Shown: positions 13,801-29,139, counted from the stretch's first letter. The stretch is 64,000 nt of DNA from Eledone cirrhosa (GCA_964016885.1 OZ024740.1:329034001-329098000); one strand, 5' to 3'. The notes: a model not told the origin generated them from the letters alone. Numbers and translations are program-made.

Positions 13801-16800
13801 AATCCACAAATAGTTATTCAGAAAAGTATATTCTTCATTTAAGGAGAATTTTATGAAAACGATTCGTTTGTGTTTCAATAAGCTTGCTACCAACTTATAC
13901 GTTTCTATATATCTATGAGTATTTTGGATTTTACTCACCAGGATTTGACATTACTTTCGTTTATATTTATATTGTATCTCTTTCCTTTCCTCCCTTTTCC
14001 CTCTTAACAATAAAATGCTGCTATGATTATGGGTAAAACTTATATCTGTTTGAGACTTGCTACAATTTCCCCAGCTAGCAAATAGAAATAGACGCTTTTT
14101 CCCACGTTGATCATAAGGATAATTACAAAAAAGAAACAAAAATGTAGTTATTAGCAGTACTAACATTACGTAGCTGCTATCTCACACTTGTCATATTCCG
14201 TCCGTGCTTTTGTCTATAATTTCTCTGCAAAGATACTCCGCCCATTATTTGCACAAGCCATAAATAATTTTCTTTTCAGTTTTATGCACTCAGTGTACAG
14301 GAACTCGCTATGCCAGAACAATTGAAGACAGAAATGCTTATTGTTCAATATAATTTCTATTTATTAAAACACGTTGTTTTGAAATTGTCAGATCTGTTTT
14401 TGTTTTCGTTAGGAGTTTTTGCGTTGTCTTAGGCTTGCAACTATGAAAACACTAGCTGAGTTTAAATTCTTTTCTTGGTTGTTTCCATGATGTCGGTTAT
14501 GATGTTAAAAAATACAATATAAACATTAATGTTAATACGAACCACAATATCAATAATATCAAATAGGTTAATCTCCCAGTCAACAGTCTAATTGCAATGT
14601 AAACATTTCAATTTTCTTTGTTGAGTTTAGCGATTGTTAATTCAAAAGAGAATTATGTACAGCTTAGCGCTTATAAAGAACATACAGAAGTGGATAATAT
14701 TTAAACAGTGATGTTTAAAATATTGTGGATAACATAATGTTCCTGAAGAATGATGTAGGTGTCAGGAGGCTGGCATCCATTCACATTCAATACTAATAAC
14801 CTCCCTCCCCAGCAGATATGTTTAATTCTGGCATCTGTATAACGCCTCCACAATTTATTGGTCTTGTGATAATGGGAGAAATAATTCTGAATATGAACAT
14901 TTATTAAATAGTTTAAGAAGAGGAAGTGTATTGTCAGAATCGTTAGCGTGATGTCTTGCGCTTTTTCCCTAGTGTTTCGAGTACTAAACACTCTGACATC
15001 AACCTTTCCTTTAAACCTTCAAGGTCGATAAAACAAGATATTATTAAATTACTGGAGCTGATTTAATGCGTTAGAAATATATAGTAGAGAACGACACCCC
15101 ATCTAACTGATGAGCGCTAACGACAAGTGAAGTGAGTCATCAATATTACCTATCCGTAGCGTCTACTACAAACACACCCCACTCACATATTCTTTCATTC
15201 AATGACACTTAAGCACAAACACATTTTCATTCCTTCTCTGTCGGTAATTATGTCTCCCTTCTACCTCTTTCTCTCTCTCTACAGGAAACTCTTAAAAATG
15301 AATAACACAAAGTAAACAATTAAAACATAAGAGAAAAACTTTTAATCTATTATGATGTTTATTGTTGTCCCTGTTTAAGAGAACTCAACATGCCACAGCA
15401 GAAAATCAAAACCCTTTCGTACTTTTGAGATGATAGAACGTCAGATCAAATTCCATACATCATTTATTTACGTACCTCTCCGATTTAAGTTCAATTTTCC
15501 GCTGTGGTTAACTTTACCTTGCACCATTTCAAGTTCGATATAATAAGTAGCATTCATGTACTTAAAAATCAAAATATCTCTCCAGTCAAGCTACTCATGA
15601 GGCTTAACCTGAGTGGTTTCAAGAATATTAAGCGAAAGCACAGCCCCCCCCCCCCCCTAATCCGTTGCTGATTTAGCGCATAGCTGAAACTATTGCTCAG
15701 TTAAAACATAGAAGGGCAATATGACACCCAATCCTGGAATAGAATATACGATCGAGAGAGCCTAACAACATAACATTTAGGCCACGCATCTTCACATAAA
15801 ATATTTGAGTCTTTTAGTTCATATCTTGTGGTTATTTCAGAAACAGTTTGTATTTACAGGTATATCCATATCATATAGTTATGAACGTCGAAAGCAAATG
15901 TAATCAACTACCTAAGCATAACTGGTACTGACAATATTGACTCTACAGAGAGGAATATATAACATTTAATCTGTTCTTGTATGGATTATGAAGATAGAAA
16001 GGTGGAAGTAAATACTAAAACCCGTTTATTTCATTCTTCTATCTTTTATCAAACGAAATTAATTTCTTATTGGAGAAAATTTCCCATGTTTGTAATGAAG
16101 GGATATAGTGACTCTACTGCAATAAGTTTCTGGTACATTATTATAACAACACCTTTAGAATACAAATTATTAAATATATGGTGTCTAAGCATAAATCATG
16201 AAAATTAATGAGAAACATTACGAAAAAAACAACAATAACACATTATACATCTAGTGCAAATTGGTCTTAAATGAAGGCTTTAAGAGTGAAAATAAGGTAG
16301 GTAACTAAACACCGTTAATTACAATCCAGCATATCCACTAATGCTACTATTCTTGTACACTAGTGATAATGAGAAACATCCTAATAATTATGCCATTCTA
16401 GAAAATAATGTTATCGACCAATTCATTAATTGACATTTCAGAGACATATCGTGTTTAGTCACACTGCTGTATTAGTAACGCCATGATTATGAATGCATTC
16501 ATAAACTGATATGGAGTACAGTGAATCATGCAGGTTTCTTTTATTATAAATGCTTTTCGAACAAAGATGCTGTCTTCCGTTAAAAACAGATAACCTCATG
16601 TAATGATATATCTCCATTGATTTTTGGAATGGTATTTCAATCAATACTGGTTATCACATCAAGTCAACTTGTTAAAGCTGTGTACTTGTCCGTATTTAAT
16701 AGCAGCTATTCCAGCATATTTATGTTGATTCAGAGAAGACAAACAAATGTTAAATTAACCTAACGACCTCGGAATCTAATTTGCGAAGTGACTGATGATG

Positions 16801-17270
16801 GCTGTGAGGTTGTGGGCAGTTACCGCAGAGTCATGTACACCATCAACTTTCTATTAACAATTGGTATTGTTTCTATCACATTAATATTTCCCTGAACAAA
16901 TGCACACACCTTCCAGCTTATCATTTTTAGTATATATTTCCTATAATCTACCAAAACATGAATAGCCACTATTTATTTTATATACAGTTTTATAGATAAG
17001 AAACATTTTTTATATTCCATTGATTCAAACATACTACTTTAATAACCACACAAAGTACTAAATACATTGTTTGTGTTGGTTGCAATTCAACGTAGGACGA
17101 AAATAGACATTATCAAATACAATGCGTCATTGAATTTTAACTCCCTAAGTTTTAAATAGCATACAACTATTCATGGTTTGTAACGCTCACACATATACAC
17201 GCATATGTATAATATATATATATATATAAATTGTTAAAACAGAAAACAGAAAACAATAATAAAGCGAAGA

Positions 17271-17555
<285 letters not shown>

Positions 17556-17744
17556 AGCTCTTCTATATTCTCCAGTAACTTTCGAAGATATAGTAGCCAG
17601 ATTGTGATTAAATCAGTTCTATGATGTTATAAAAGGAGAGGAAACATTAAACATTGTAGTTGTAGATATATCGAAAAACATTGAACCGTCACAGTTTGTA
17701 TTGAATTGAAAATATTCATGCTCAGCAAAAGTTTATCTGGGAGT

Positions 17745-17832
17745 GAATGTGGCTAGTGTTTAGTGTGTTGGGCTGACAATCACAAGGTCTTGAGTTCAAT
17801 TCCAGGAGCCGCTTGTGCATTGTGTTCTTAAG
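17745..17832 (+). mobile_element. tRNA-derived SINE head fragment
   Basis: GTGGCTAGTGTTTAG...GAGTTCAATTCC...TTGTGTTCTTAAG; similar to the 43030-43182 SINE. Confidence 0.6.
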
Positions 17833-17869
17833 TTGAGTAGGAGAATTTGACCGTTGATCTATTTAAAAT

Positions 17870-19410
17870 TTGATGGTATTTATGGTTTGGCGGGAAGATT
17901 TTCTCTAGGATAGTAAACATTTTTTAGGTATATTATCTTTAATTTGTAGATTTAATGGAGCATTATACCATTTTAAATAGATCAAAGGTCAAATTCTCCT
18001 ACTCAACAACCAAAAATATACAACAAAATATAAGTGCATATAAATGTAAAAAGAAACCATGAATATACCACCAACACATCAAACTAACCATAATACTAAA
18101 ATAAACCACAGCAAACCACCATCTCATTCACATACTACAAGTCGAGAAAATTCCACACCTAATTCGACTAACTCCCCTGATATAACAGTCACGAAAGGTT
18201 GTAGAAATTGCCTTATTAATAACATAGTATATAAATGTAAAATTAGGACTAAGGACTCAACTTATTCATATATAGGAGATACTTCTAACCAATTTAAAGT
18301 AAGATTTAATACCCACGAACACAGTTTTAAAAATGCCGCATTAGCTAATACAACATCCTTAGCTGAAATAATTAATAATTAGAGAAAAAATAATATCGAT
18401 TATAACTTGACCTGGAGTGTTATCAAAATAATAGATATGAATGTAGATTATGTTCCCAGAAACTTTTTGAAATAATGAAATCTAAGGATATCCTATTAAA
18501 TAAGCGACAAGAATTAATTATATCATGCAATCATAGAATTAGAAAAACTTTTAAATATTATAAACCTAATTAATATACACTTATATTTTACAAATTATTA
18601 TAATTAATTTTTTTAAATTAGTTAACCTATAATTAATATTCTACTACTAAGAACTGCATAATTTTATTTTCCTTTTACAGCTATCTTTTCCTAAAATTTA
18701 TACCAATAAGTATACATATAAACTATTTTAATTTCCTGTTATGAATTTAAATTCCTTATAATCTATATAAGTTTGTTATTTCTCACTAATACATTTATCC
18801 CCCCCCAAAAAAATTCTTTTTCCTTAGTTTTTAACAACATTCTTTAATAACATCTAACTCTTATTTATCATATCTATATGAATTAATATAAATTTATTCC
18901 TATAAATATACCTATCAATTAAATTAATTTAATTTCTTTTTATAGATCTATATTCCTTATGTTTTAAATAAGATTGATATTTTTCACTAACACATTTATA
19001 GTAAAACTTTATTCTCCTTAGATTTTAACATTAGCATTATATTATAGACCTATTATATTAAATCTTTGTTGGGTTTTTTCAATAAACAAATATCATTATT
19101 TCTGAAGACAGCATATATATGTGTAGGTATGTATATTCCCTCTCATAGTTTGTAAACATTTTACATAGATATATATGATATACATACCAACACACACACA
19201 TATATCCTAGAAACGATCGTAAAATGATGAATTGTTTAATATAAGGAACTGTTTCTTTGTTTTTATTCATTATTTTTATTAATTTATCTTGACTCTGTTT
19301 TCCTGTGTTTTTCATCGAAAAAATGTTGAATACATCTTCTCTTTTCATGATATTTGGATTACATTGAGTTCTTCATACGGATTGGACACTACCGTATATT
19401 TTGGTAGATT
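17870..19410 (+). mobile_element. 5'-truncated, degraded Naiad-like PLE (GIY-YIG endonuclease remnant, AT-rich 3' UTR, HHR-bearing terminal repeat)
   Basis: Translation gives KFSYSTTKN...NCLINNIVYKC...SYIGDTSNQFKVRFNTHEHSF...W...LLNKRQEL..SCNHR, collinear with the 37059-37724 endonuclease. HHR at 19093-19230. Confidence 0.85.
19093..19230 (+). ncRNA. Type-I hammerhead ribozyme motif with ~100-nt stem II
   Basis: Stem I TCATTATTT/AAATGATGA, CTGAAGA (19102), long imperfect stem II (ATATATATGTGT..GGTATGTATAT / ATATACATACC..ACACATATAT), GAAA (19210), palindromic CGATCG, then TA. Confidence 0.65.
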
Positions 19411-19483
<73 letters not shown>

Positions 19484-19507
19484 AAATAATCGTTTCTTTC
19501 ACCCAGC

Positions 19508-19561
<54 letters not shown>

Positions 19562-19758
19562 GTTTTTGTAGTAAATTTACATAGGTTTCCACTTTTAAAG
19601 TTCCTTTCTAGCAATAGTTCATGCATGCCCTTCTCACCGCCATCGAAGCCGGTATCGTTTAGTACCTCGCTGTGTGTGCGACACCCAAATCATCATGATG
19701 CCAATCCGTCTCAGGGTTGGCCTCCCCAACCCCAGCTGTTGTTACTGCTGGTACTCAT

Positions 19759-19910
19759 TTTGAATGAAACAGTTCTAGTTCTGTAAAGTAATTTCTATAT
19801 TAAATATGTGTGGAAGGGGTGTCTCTGCGTGTGTGTGTGTATGATATTTAATATAGAAATTACTTTACAGGACTAGAACAGTTTCATTCAAAAGATATCA
19901 TCAGGCATAA
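19759..19910 (-). repeat. ~48-bp inverted repeat containing a degenerate HHR
   Basis: 19759-19806 vs 19845-19893 are inverted. The minus strand reads CTGATGA TATCTTTTGAAT GAAA CTGTTCTAG TC. Confidence 0.6.
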
Positions 19911-19973
19911 ATATTCTACATAATCTACTATGTATTGAGTACCTTAGTTACTGTGGTTACCTCCGATTGAACC

Positions 19974-20185
<212 letters not shown>

Positions 20186-23100
20186 TACAGTGAGGGAGAG
20201 AGAGAAAAAGATGGGAAAGAGGGAGACTGGGACGAGGAAGACGGAGAGAAGTGAGGGAGAGAATGGGGCAAATAGAGATACATTAGTCTAACGTAGTTCT
20301 ATCACATGTTAATACATAGTCGTGTTCGTGGAAAATGGATCCTGTACGCATTAGGCACAATAGAAATGATAAAAATCTAAGGTGATAAGAATTAGCGAGA
20401 AAGAGTTAGTGCTGCTAGAAATATCTTCAGGGTCCAAACTCAAACATATGGTAATTAGGGAAGACGTGATGGATAGTAATTTTAACGATCCGTTATCTTT
20501 TAGTGTTGAGAGCCACTGGAAGTTTATGGATCACTTCCTAGCATCAAACGTCACGTAATAAAACATTTTGTTGAACCTAATTTATATATATTGCCAAACG
20601 TGATAGATGACCATTTCTCCTAAACACATTCACATATACAGACGTATGCTAACATATACACATACATGTGAATATATATATATATATATGTATAGTTATA
20701 GTTACAAGAGGTGTTTACATGAAGGTTCTAATTTTGCATATTTATGGATAAACGCCATACATCTAATATGATAAATATCTATTGTCTGGTGTAGTTACTA
20801 CCTTATCGAGCGAATCATAATTCGAAAATACTTTCCTTGTGCTATAAGTATTATTGGGGTTAGGGTGGAGGTATAAAAGATATTCATCAACAGACTCTAC
20901 TAATTAAATCATTCATTATTGTGACCTACATTAGTTATCTATTATTTCTAATTAATAGTAATAGTCTGACCTATACTAATGATAAATAGGCGGCTGATTG
21001 AAACACCATTAAATATTTAAAAGTCACTTTATTATCTTCAATACTAAAGTGTTAAGAAATCTGTTTATTATTGCGTGAATCATTACTACGTGTAGCTTGA
21101 GTGAAATATAATATAAATTATTGGTTTATCATTATCATTCAAGATGATCAAATATATTTCATGAATCAGCAGAATGCAGGAGCGTATCATCTATAATCAA
21201 TTAGATACCGATATTCAATACCTTATTACTGGTATCAAATGTATTAGGTTGATTGGGTAAAACTGGAGATAAAAACGAGTAAATTTCAAGTTAATTGTAA
21301 TATATGATGTAATAGTGTTTAGATACTCACTGCCAACCTCTAAAAACCTAAACGGGGTGTACCATCAAAGAAAGTGCCCCAAAACGGGGAGAAATGAGGC
21401 AAAATGGGGAGATTTTACATAATGAAAGCTAGATCACCCCGTCCGACGGTAAAAGTTGACAGTCATCACTAAAGAACAGGGTTAATGAAGAATATTTACA
21501 TTTTTTTGTTACATGATTTTTGTATTACAGTGAGATTACAAATATTAATGATGAATATTCTGATAGAGACAGACTACGAATCAGCCAAAATATATATTTA
21601 CATATTCAACCACATGTTTTCCGAGAAGCGACTAAACATAGGTTAATGAAGCATCGAACGATAACTGATTAGTTTTTAATGGGATAATGAGAGAGGAGGA
21701 TAGAGAAGGGGGAGAGGAAAGAGACTGCGAAAAAGAGAGACGCGTGAAAGAGAGGGAGAGAGATAAAAGAGAAATAGAGACAGATAGCGAGAGAAAGTCG
21801 CTATTGAGGAATGGCAAACAGACAATAAAGATAAACTATGGAGCAGCAAAACATGTAACAGATAGTTGCAATATACAATGATATGCAGATAACGACAATG
21901 TTCGTAACTGTAATTCTTTTTATTTGACTATACACAGAGCTGCATGAGGCAGTGAATTGGCAGTATTGTTACGAATACCGATAGAATGCATTGCTGTATT
22001 CTTGTCGGCTCTCTGTGCTTTGAGCTGAAATCCTGACGGCGTCAAATTTATCTATCATCACCATCATCATTTCTCTCCTTTTATTTTTCTTACCCTTTCA
22101 CCTTTTTTATCGGGAAGAAACCAGTTGTTTTCAGACCTGATAAGCACCATTCAATGTATAATTCCCAAGGAATGCTTGCACTTTTACAACTCCTACAGGC
22201 GTTCAGGGCTCAATATATCAGTGTGTCCAATTAACCCTGGGGCAACAATTTGTTATATTGTTTTTAATCGACACTTCAATGAAAGAGATCACCTCGTGTA
22301 GCTTGTTATAAGTAGCATGAGGTTTATTTTGCTGTTTTATCGCGGAGGGAAAGGAAGTCGCCTTTCATAGAATAAGCTTAGGGTTTGCAAGAACAATGCA
22401 AGGATAAAGAAGCTATTTTTAAACCAAAGACCTGTCATAAATGCTTGCAATATATGTAAATCCGTTAGAAGTACCAAAGACCTTTTGGATAAGGTTAAAG
22501 TGGATAAAGGATTAATTCATCAAGGATAGGGAAGCTATTATTAATCCAAATACCTCTCATAAATGCTTGTAACATAGCGAAATCCATTAAAAGTACCAAT
22601 AACCGTAATTCTAGATTGATTCGATTGCATTTTCTGTTAGATAAATTACAGATTATGTTTTTGTTGGTTGCCTCCGCACCCGAAAAGGTTGAGTAGACCT
22701 ATATGCAAATTTCTTCGAGCCATTACCATCCCATCTTCTCTCAGGAAATCCAACTGCGACAGTTACAGTGTTTCTATGCAGTTGGGAGATTTGGAACCAA
22801 ATCGAAAGATAGATATTTTGAACATAACATTAACAACAAAATACAAAGCTGTTGGTATAATACGAACATGTGATCCTTCGAAAGATAGACCAACTTGCGA
22901 GTACATTTTAAACGTAGAAAAATTTCCAATATAAAAACAAGTTATTGTGATGCTTTTTTTAATATAATATTTAATACATTTTGTTTTACCTATTTTCGTT
23001 CCGTTGAATAAATGTCCTCCCGAAAGGCGATCCCATGAGAATAATCCAGCTTTTACAGTGACGTGCTTAGATAATGTTTATTTTAAGAATAACAATACTA

Positions 23101-23639
23101 AGCTCACAATCACTTGAGAATTAATATGATACACGTCCTGCTAAGAATATTGCTGCGCGTCCAGTAATCAGATTACACTATCTCGGAGGATTATTATTTC
23201 GAGTATTATTTTGACAGCATGTAATAAATTTAATCCATATTTCTCAAACAAGGTTTCTTTAGTATTCTTCTGGAATATAATGCAGATTGTAATTCATATC
23301 AAGTTTAATTTGATTTAAAACTTCACATTTCCTTGCAACATTCCTCATGAGGAAAAGTTGAGAAATTCTGAAATTGGTGTATTCATATACTGTAACATGT
23401 AACTTAATCTAAATTAATCAGTTGTGTATTTATTAGATTGAATACTTTCAATGATACTTATTTCATGTATGTGTACTAATGTCGAACACATGATTTAGCT
23501 AGATATATAATATTTCATTAAAAAAACTGCATTACGTGTTGTGCACAATTTTATTATGTTATTTGATGTCATAGTGTCTGTAATATATTGCATCAAAATT
23601 CGCCTGGTTATTGTTTAACACGGCGTATATATTGTAAAA

Positions 23640-24440
23640 CAATACCAGTATATAAGAATGTATACGTACATACATATATGTATACAGACGTACAGTAGTA
23701 TGTATATATGTATACATACATGCACACATATATATATGTACGTATGGATTCACCGAACATTTAATATAATGCTCGGTGTGTTTGTAAACAAACATCCCGA
23801 ATTAAGCCGTACAGTGTCTAGCAACCATCGTTGCTCATTTGTTCAACACTGATCATACGTACATATATATGTGTGCATGTATGTATATATATATACATAC
23901 TACTGTACGTCTGTATACATATATGTATGTACGTATACATACATATATGTATGTACGTATACATACATATATAAATATGTACGTATACATACTCATTTTT
24001 TCCGTTTATCGTTTTCGGTACCCCGGCCGATTACCTCACTCGATATGCAAATTAGGTTACTCAGCCGTTAATAAGCATAAGGAAAATATATACTTTCAGA
24101 CGTTCAACCATCTGGCAGGAAGGTATACGTTGCTGAGGATAGCTAATAAGCTTGAAACTAGTACAGCGTTCCTTTGTCAGTGTTGAACAAATGAGCAACG
24201 ATGGTTGCTAGACACTGTACGGCTTAATTTGGGATGTTTGTTTACAAACACACCGAGCATTATAATAAATGTTCGGCGAATCCATACGTACATATATATA
24301 TGTGTGCATGTATGTATATATACATACGACTGTACGTCTGTATACATATATGTATGTACGTATACATACTTATATTTAAGTAACAGCCGTACGAAGAGTG
24401 AGAAATGAAATTTCGTTTCATTTTTTTCCGAATACCAGTA
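23640..24440 (+). mobile_element. Fold-back composite of a PLE-pLTR/retrozyme-like repeat
   Basis: 23655-23851 is the reverse complement of ~24177-24370, and 23855-23995 directly repeats part of the right arm. Another family member lies at 58360-58730. Confidence 0.8.
24127..24169 (+). ncRNA. Minimal type-I hammerhead ribozyme motif
   Basis: ACGTTG-CTGAGGA-TAGCTAATAAGCTT-GAAA-CTAG-TA-CAGCGT: 6-bp stem I, AGCT/AGCT stem II, palindromic stem III. Confidence 0.8.
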
Positions 24441-25229
24441 AAATGTCATTCAAATGAAGGTGCAAGCCAGTCTAAAGTCCTGGTAAATGTGGATATTCGG
24501 TTTCGGGGATGACAGATACCAGGCAAACGGAGCATTTGCCTAATAAGGATGCTGATGCTGATTACACTGATGATATCGATTATGATTACGATGATGGTAT
24601 TGATGAATGATGAGGATAATGATGATGAAGATGATGTTGATAATGAAGATGGTGATGATGATGATGCTGATGTTGATGTTGGTGAATGTTTGTGCGCAAA
24701 ACAGTTGCAAATATGACATTGAACCATGGAATCCGACAGCAAGTTATTCAATTAAATATTTAGATTCAAACGGCAAAATCTTCAGGAAAAACCTGAAAAA
24801 TCCTTGGGTGTGTGGTGAATAGCTAGCTCCTTTAAGTGGTTGTCTTAAACAAGAAGCAAGAATCAATTAATATTCTCAGAAGTAACTAACAATCTAAACT
24901 TCGTAGACATACTGATGGCAATGTATAACATTTATAATTGTTGTGTACGTGTTAATGCTGATTTGTGGTATTAGTGAGGTAAGTTAATCGAAACGGCCAT
25001 GGTCTCCTATTGACTGATGATTTGATGTTGCCAATGCTAATACCTTGATAAAAGGCTCAAGGTTGCAAAAATGCACGGGGACTTTAAAGAACACAATGTA
25101 GAAATTCCGGCTACGTGTAAGGGGAGAATAAGGGCAAATTCATCAATGTCAGACATGAAAACAGTAAATGGCCGGACGGTACGAAGATGAGAGCATAGAG
25201 TCTGAAGTATAGAGATCATTATCTGATTT

Positions 25230-25710
25230 ATAAGAGCTTGGGAACTATTTATTAGGGTTGCCCATAGTTAGAGAAGGCACCAATATAAAACCAATCAAAC
25301 ACACTACAGCACATACGTATCTATTCTTCTGTATGGCACTGAAACATAGCAACTAAACAAAAGTGGTGAGAAAAGACGGAATGTATTGCAACAAAGAAGT
25401 GTGAATATTGTCATGTGACATATTAGAATTGAATCAAATGTTTAGGAGAGCAGAGCATAAGAAACTAATGGGAATACTGAGAACAGCACGAGTATGGTGG
25501 ATAGGTTATATACTGAGAATGTCTGATTGAAGGTAACAGAAATGGTGCTAAACGAGAAGTGACAAGCGTATATTGTCATGGAAGAGATGAATAAAAAGTT
25601 ATTTGAAATCTGTCAATTTGCCATAATACTAAGCTAAACAGAGAACAGCTAAGCGCCAAACATATTGTGCGACGACGGGCGGAGCTTGGCACAGCATATC
25701 ACAGACTATG
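25230..25710 (+). mobile_element. Highly degraded RTE-like LINE fragment
   Basis: YVSILLYGTET*QLNK motif (LLYG.ETW) at ~25315-25360, with stops and frameshifts. Confidence 0.5.
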
Positions 25711-26109
25711 ATAAAGGGGAAACTTTCGTTGTTAGAAATAGCCGTCTGAAATAAATAACATAATATTCCCTCTCTTCCAGCTCCCCCTCTTCCCTCCCCT
25801 TTCCTTTGTATTCATCGTTGTCAATGTCATCATCATCATCGTCTTTATCATCACCATCATAATCATCATCATCATCATCGTCAATCGTATTTTTCAATAC
25901 TTGCTTAGATTGCATATGACTTATTTAGCACAGGAATTCTTCGTTCGTTGCTGCCCTTTTTAATGACCTCTGTGGGGAACATAATTAGATTGTGCGATAA
26001 TTATGCGTTTCATTAAAATAGACGTGATATAAATAAAACGAAACGAGGCAAATTGTGTATCAAACTCATTTTGGAACGAAACACTGCCCTCCTGCGATCG
26101 ACATTTTAA

Positions 26110-26189
<80 letters not shown>

Positions 26190-26281
26190 CTATGTATATA
26201 TGTATGTATGTGTGTATGTATGTATGTATGTATCTATGTTTATATGTATCTATGTATGTATTATTGCTCCATTATTATTTG

Positions 26282-26462
26282 ATGGACTGGCAGTATCGGT
26301 AGTGTCGGGCGCCATCCTTTGCAGCATAGAGTTACGTCCCTGTTCGGTCTGAGTTGAAATCCCGCCGAGGTTAACTTTTCCTTTCATCCTTACGGAGTTG
26401 ATAAAATAAAATACCAGTAATGCACTGGGATAATTGCTGTGCCAAAAGTAGAAACAATTATT
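26282..26462 (+). mobile_element. Nin/Deu-domain SINE copy
   Basis: Same head, central domain and tail as 5152-5735. Confidence 0.85.
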
Positions 26463-27610
26463 ATTTAAATTTAGTTATTTTGATTCCTAATTTTACATTA
26501 AATAAGATATAAATGCTTCTTTCCTTCTTTTGTAATAACATTTCGTATTGAACCTGTTGCTAGATCTACCCAGAGAAAGAAGATCTAACAATTAGCATTA
26601 TCTGTTTCAAAAACATGGGGGATTATGGTTAGTTTTCACATTTTCCAGATAAGGAGAATGTTATTGACTACCATAGAAACGTTTTATCATAATTATCTCA
26701 ACGTATCTTATCTGGAAATTATGTAATAATTCCTAAATTTAGTATGGTTTAACTATAATATCCTGCTTTTGATTCTGAAAGGTAATTAAATCGATTCAGC
26801 AATGTCGTTACAAGAAATAATGTTTCAAAATAACTAACATACCCAAATTAGATTGAAATTGTGTGATAACTGATAATGAGGTGAAATGCAAAACTTGCAT
26901 AGATGATGTCTGCTTAATTGTTAATGCATAATAGACGAAAAGTTCGTAAAAACAAAGAGACTTATGCTGTATGCTCCTCAATTAACGTGTTAATTAGATG
27001 GCTAAAGAATGAAAGTGAAGGTCATTTATCGCTGCATTACTTTGGGTAATTGCTGGCCTTGTGCCAAAAGTAGAAACAATTATTTATATATATTACATTG
27101 TGAAATACACAACAGAAATATACGACAAGGCTATATAAGGTGCAGAGTTAGCTGTGATTGAGTTAATGTGTCATTGCTGATGTATATATTCTCTGACGAG
27201 TCCACAACAAATATTGCTTTAGTTCATTTGGGAAGACGTAAATTTGATATTTTTACATGTCTCTATACTCAGCAAATTCTATACTGTATATATATATACA
27301 ATTTGTAATGATCACAAATGAGATACACTAAAAAGAATAGCAGTAAACTATCGATATCTCATTAGAATATGATATTGGACATGCACTCGATTAGGTTGCA
27401 GCCGAGCACGACAAGAATGAAAATCGTTCCTCACATGGAAGCCTACGCAGTGCTTTCTACATGTGAAGGGAGAATCTCTGAGATTGTGCGTAACCACAAT
27501 AAGTTACGTACTCAAATCATTAGTAAAGTGTGTACAACAAAAGCTAATATAGAAATGACTTCTGCAAGACTACAATTGTTTCACTCGAAGGAAATCATCA
27601 TCATCATATG

Positions 27611-27654
<44 letters not shown>

Positions 27655-27698
27655 CATTTGTTTGTACTGCCTCTCTGTTTTTGTTCCTGTCCGAGTTT

Positions 27699-27740
<42 letters not shown>

Positions 27741-27785
27741 TTAAAACAATGAATACAAAATCAAGTCAATAGAAATATACTTCAC

Positions 27786-27910
27786 TGCTTTACGATCGTT
27801 TCTAGGTGATGATAATACATCGTAACTATACTTCGATATCGATCTATGTAAGGTTAGTTACAAAATATCAGATAAAGACAATATTTACTTACATGCCTAT
27901 CATCAGCTGT
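27786..27910 (-). ncRNA. HHR motif with 97-nt stem II insert (diverged relative of the 19093 motif)
   Basis: Minus strand: CTGATGA TAGG...(97 nt total)...CCTA GAAA CGATCG TA. Stem I is degraded. Confidence 0.55.
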
Positions 27911-28184
27911 TGTCAAAAGCTTTTTACAACAGCTGGTGATATCATGACTCTGTTTTCCTTTTAATGTTTTATTGTTTTCCGGGATTTATTTTAACCTACA
28001 ACATTTTCAACATATGGATTACATTGAGTTATTCATGCAGACTAGACCCCACAACTTACCGTGGATATCTATCTGTAAATATATATTTTTTAAAGATTAT
28101 TTTCCCCTATTACTTAGACATGTAAAATGAATGGATAAAATATACAGATAAGTTATCACTCAGCGAAGCAATTTCACATGTTAA

Positions 28185-28465
28185 CCTATGCCAAAAAACA
28201 AACTCTATTTAGTGGAGTATAAGTAAGACAAAGTAAAATATGAATGTCTCACTCAAAGAAACATCTCGCTACCATGGTTTCAAAATCCGAAGAAACAACA
28301 GTAGGCATTTCAAATTATTGGACTAACCAATAACGTAAGGATTCGTGTTTTCCTAATGCCTGGTGCTGCTTCTTCCGTTTTGGAATCATGATTGGAAGAC
28401 ATTTACACGAGTAAAACCTTCTTAGTTTAGTCTGTCTGACTAAATAGAGTTTTTTTCGCATAAGT
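28185..28465. repeat. Degraded fold-back element with HHR 3' half
   Basis: AAACTCTATTTAGT/ACTAAATAGAGTTT and CCATGGTTTCAAAA..GAAGAAAC..AGGCATT / AATGCCT..CTTCTTC..TTTTGGAATCATG arms. The minus strand has GAAA-CCATGG-TA. Confidence 0.55.
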
Positions 28466-29076
28466 GTAATATATATATATATATTCTTTAATATGGGTAA
28501 ACATCAAATGATTTAACAGGTGAAACTCTTAAGTAACAAGACTCACCACGTATACATAATATAGAATATTTAATCAGCATTTCGTTTGTCTTACGTTCGT
28601 CAATAATATACGTATATATACATACATATATCTATATATACGCACAATAGACAAACACAGACACACACAGACTTTTGTATTTAATCATTTTAAACGTCCT
28701 TATAGTGCTAGTAAGCTAAAACAGACTAACGAAATTATCTAGTACGTCTTACAGCTGAACCGCACACACACACAGAAAAAAAATAATAACAACAAGATAG
28801 ACAGAGATTAGTGAGTAAAGAAATAAAAGTAAGAAAAACATGTAAGGCCGGCGGGAGCAGCATAAGCATAAAAAGTAAAGAATAATTGGAAAACAAGGAA
28901 AGCTGTAAAGAAGCTAGAAGTATTGTTGTTGAATCGTTTCGTAAACTTAATGAACTCAAATATTTTCATAGTTGGTAGATCTTTCACAATATAGTGTGTC
29001 TGCAAACTTGGTAGTGGTTTCAATATAGACACATATATATATATATATATATATTTATATACATATACATATACAT

Positions 29077-29139
<63 letters not shown>

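Noticed and set aside
15107-15165. CTGATGA followed by a possible long stem
   Set aside because: No GAAA or stem III follows.
16793-16840. CTGATGA plus hairpin (HHR or SECIS candidate)
   Set aside because: GTAC in place of GAAA, and no apical AA or proper SECIS quartet.
21329-21463. Degenerate TIR pair suggesting a hAT-like MITE
   Set aside because: TIR match is short and imperfect and no TSD is recognisable.
22399-22604. ~122-bp-period diverged duplication with a CxxC-like translation
   Set aside because: The period is not a multiple of 3 and the CxxC frame has stops; no function is supportable.
27193-27245. CTGACGA-GTC...GAC-GTAA
   Set aside because: Core mismatch and no convincing stems I or III.
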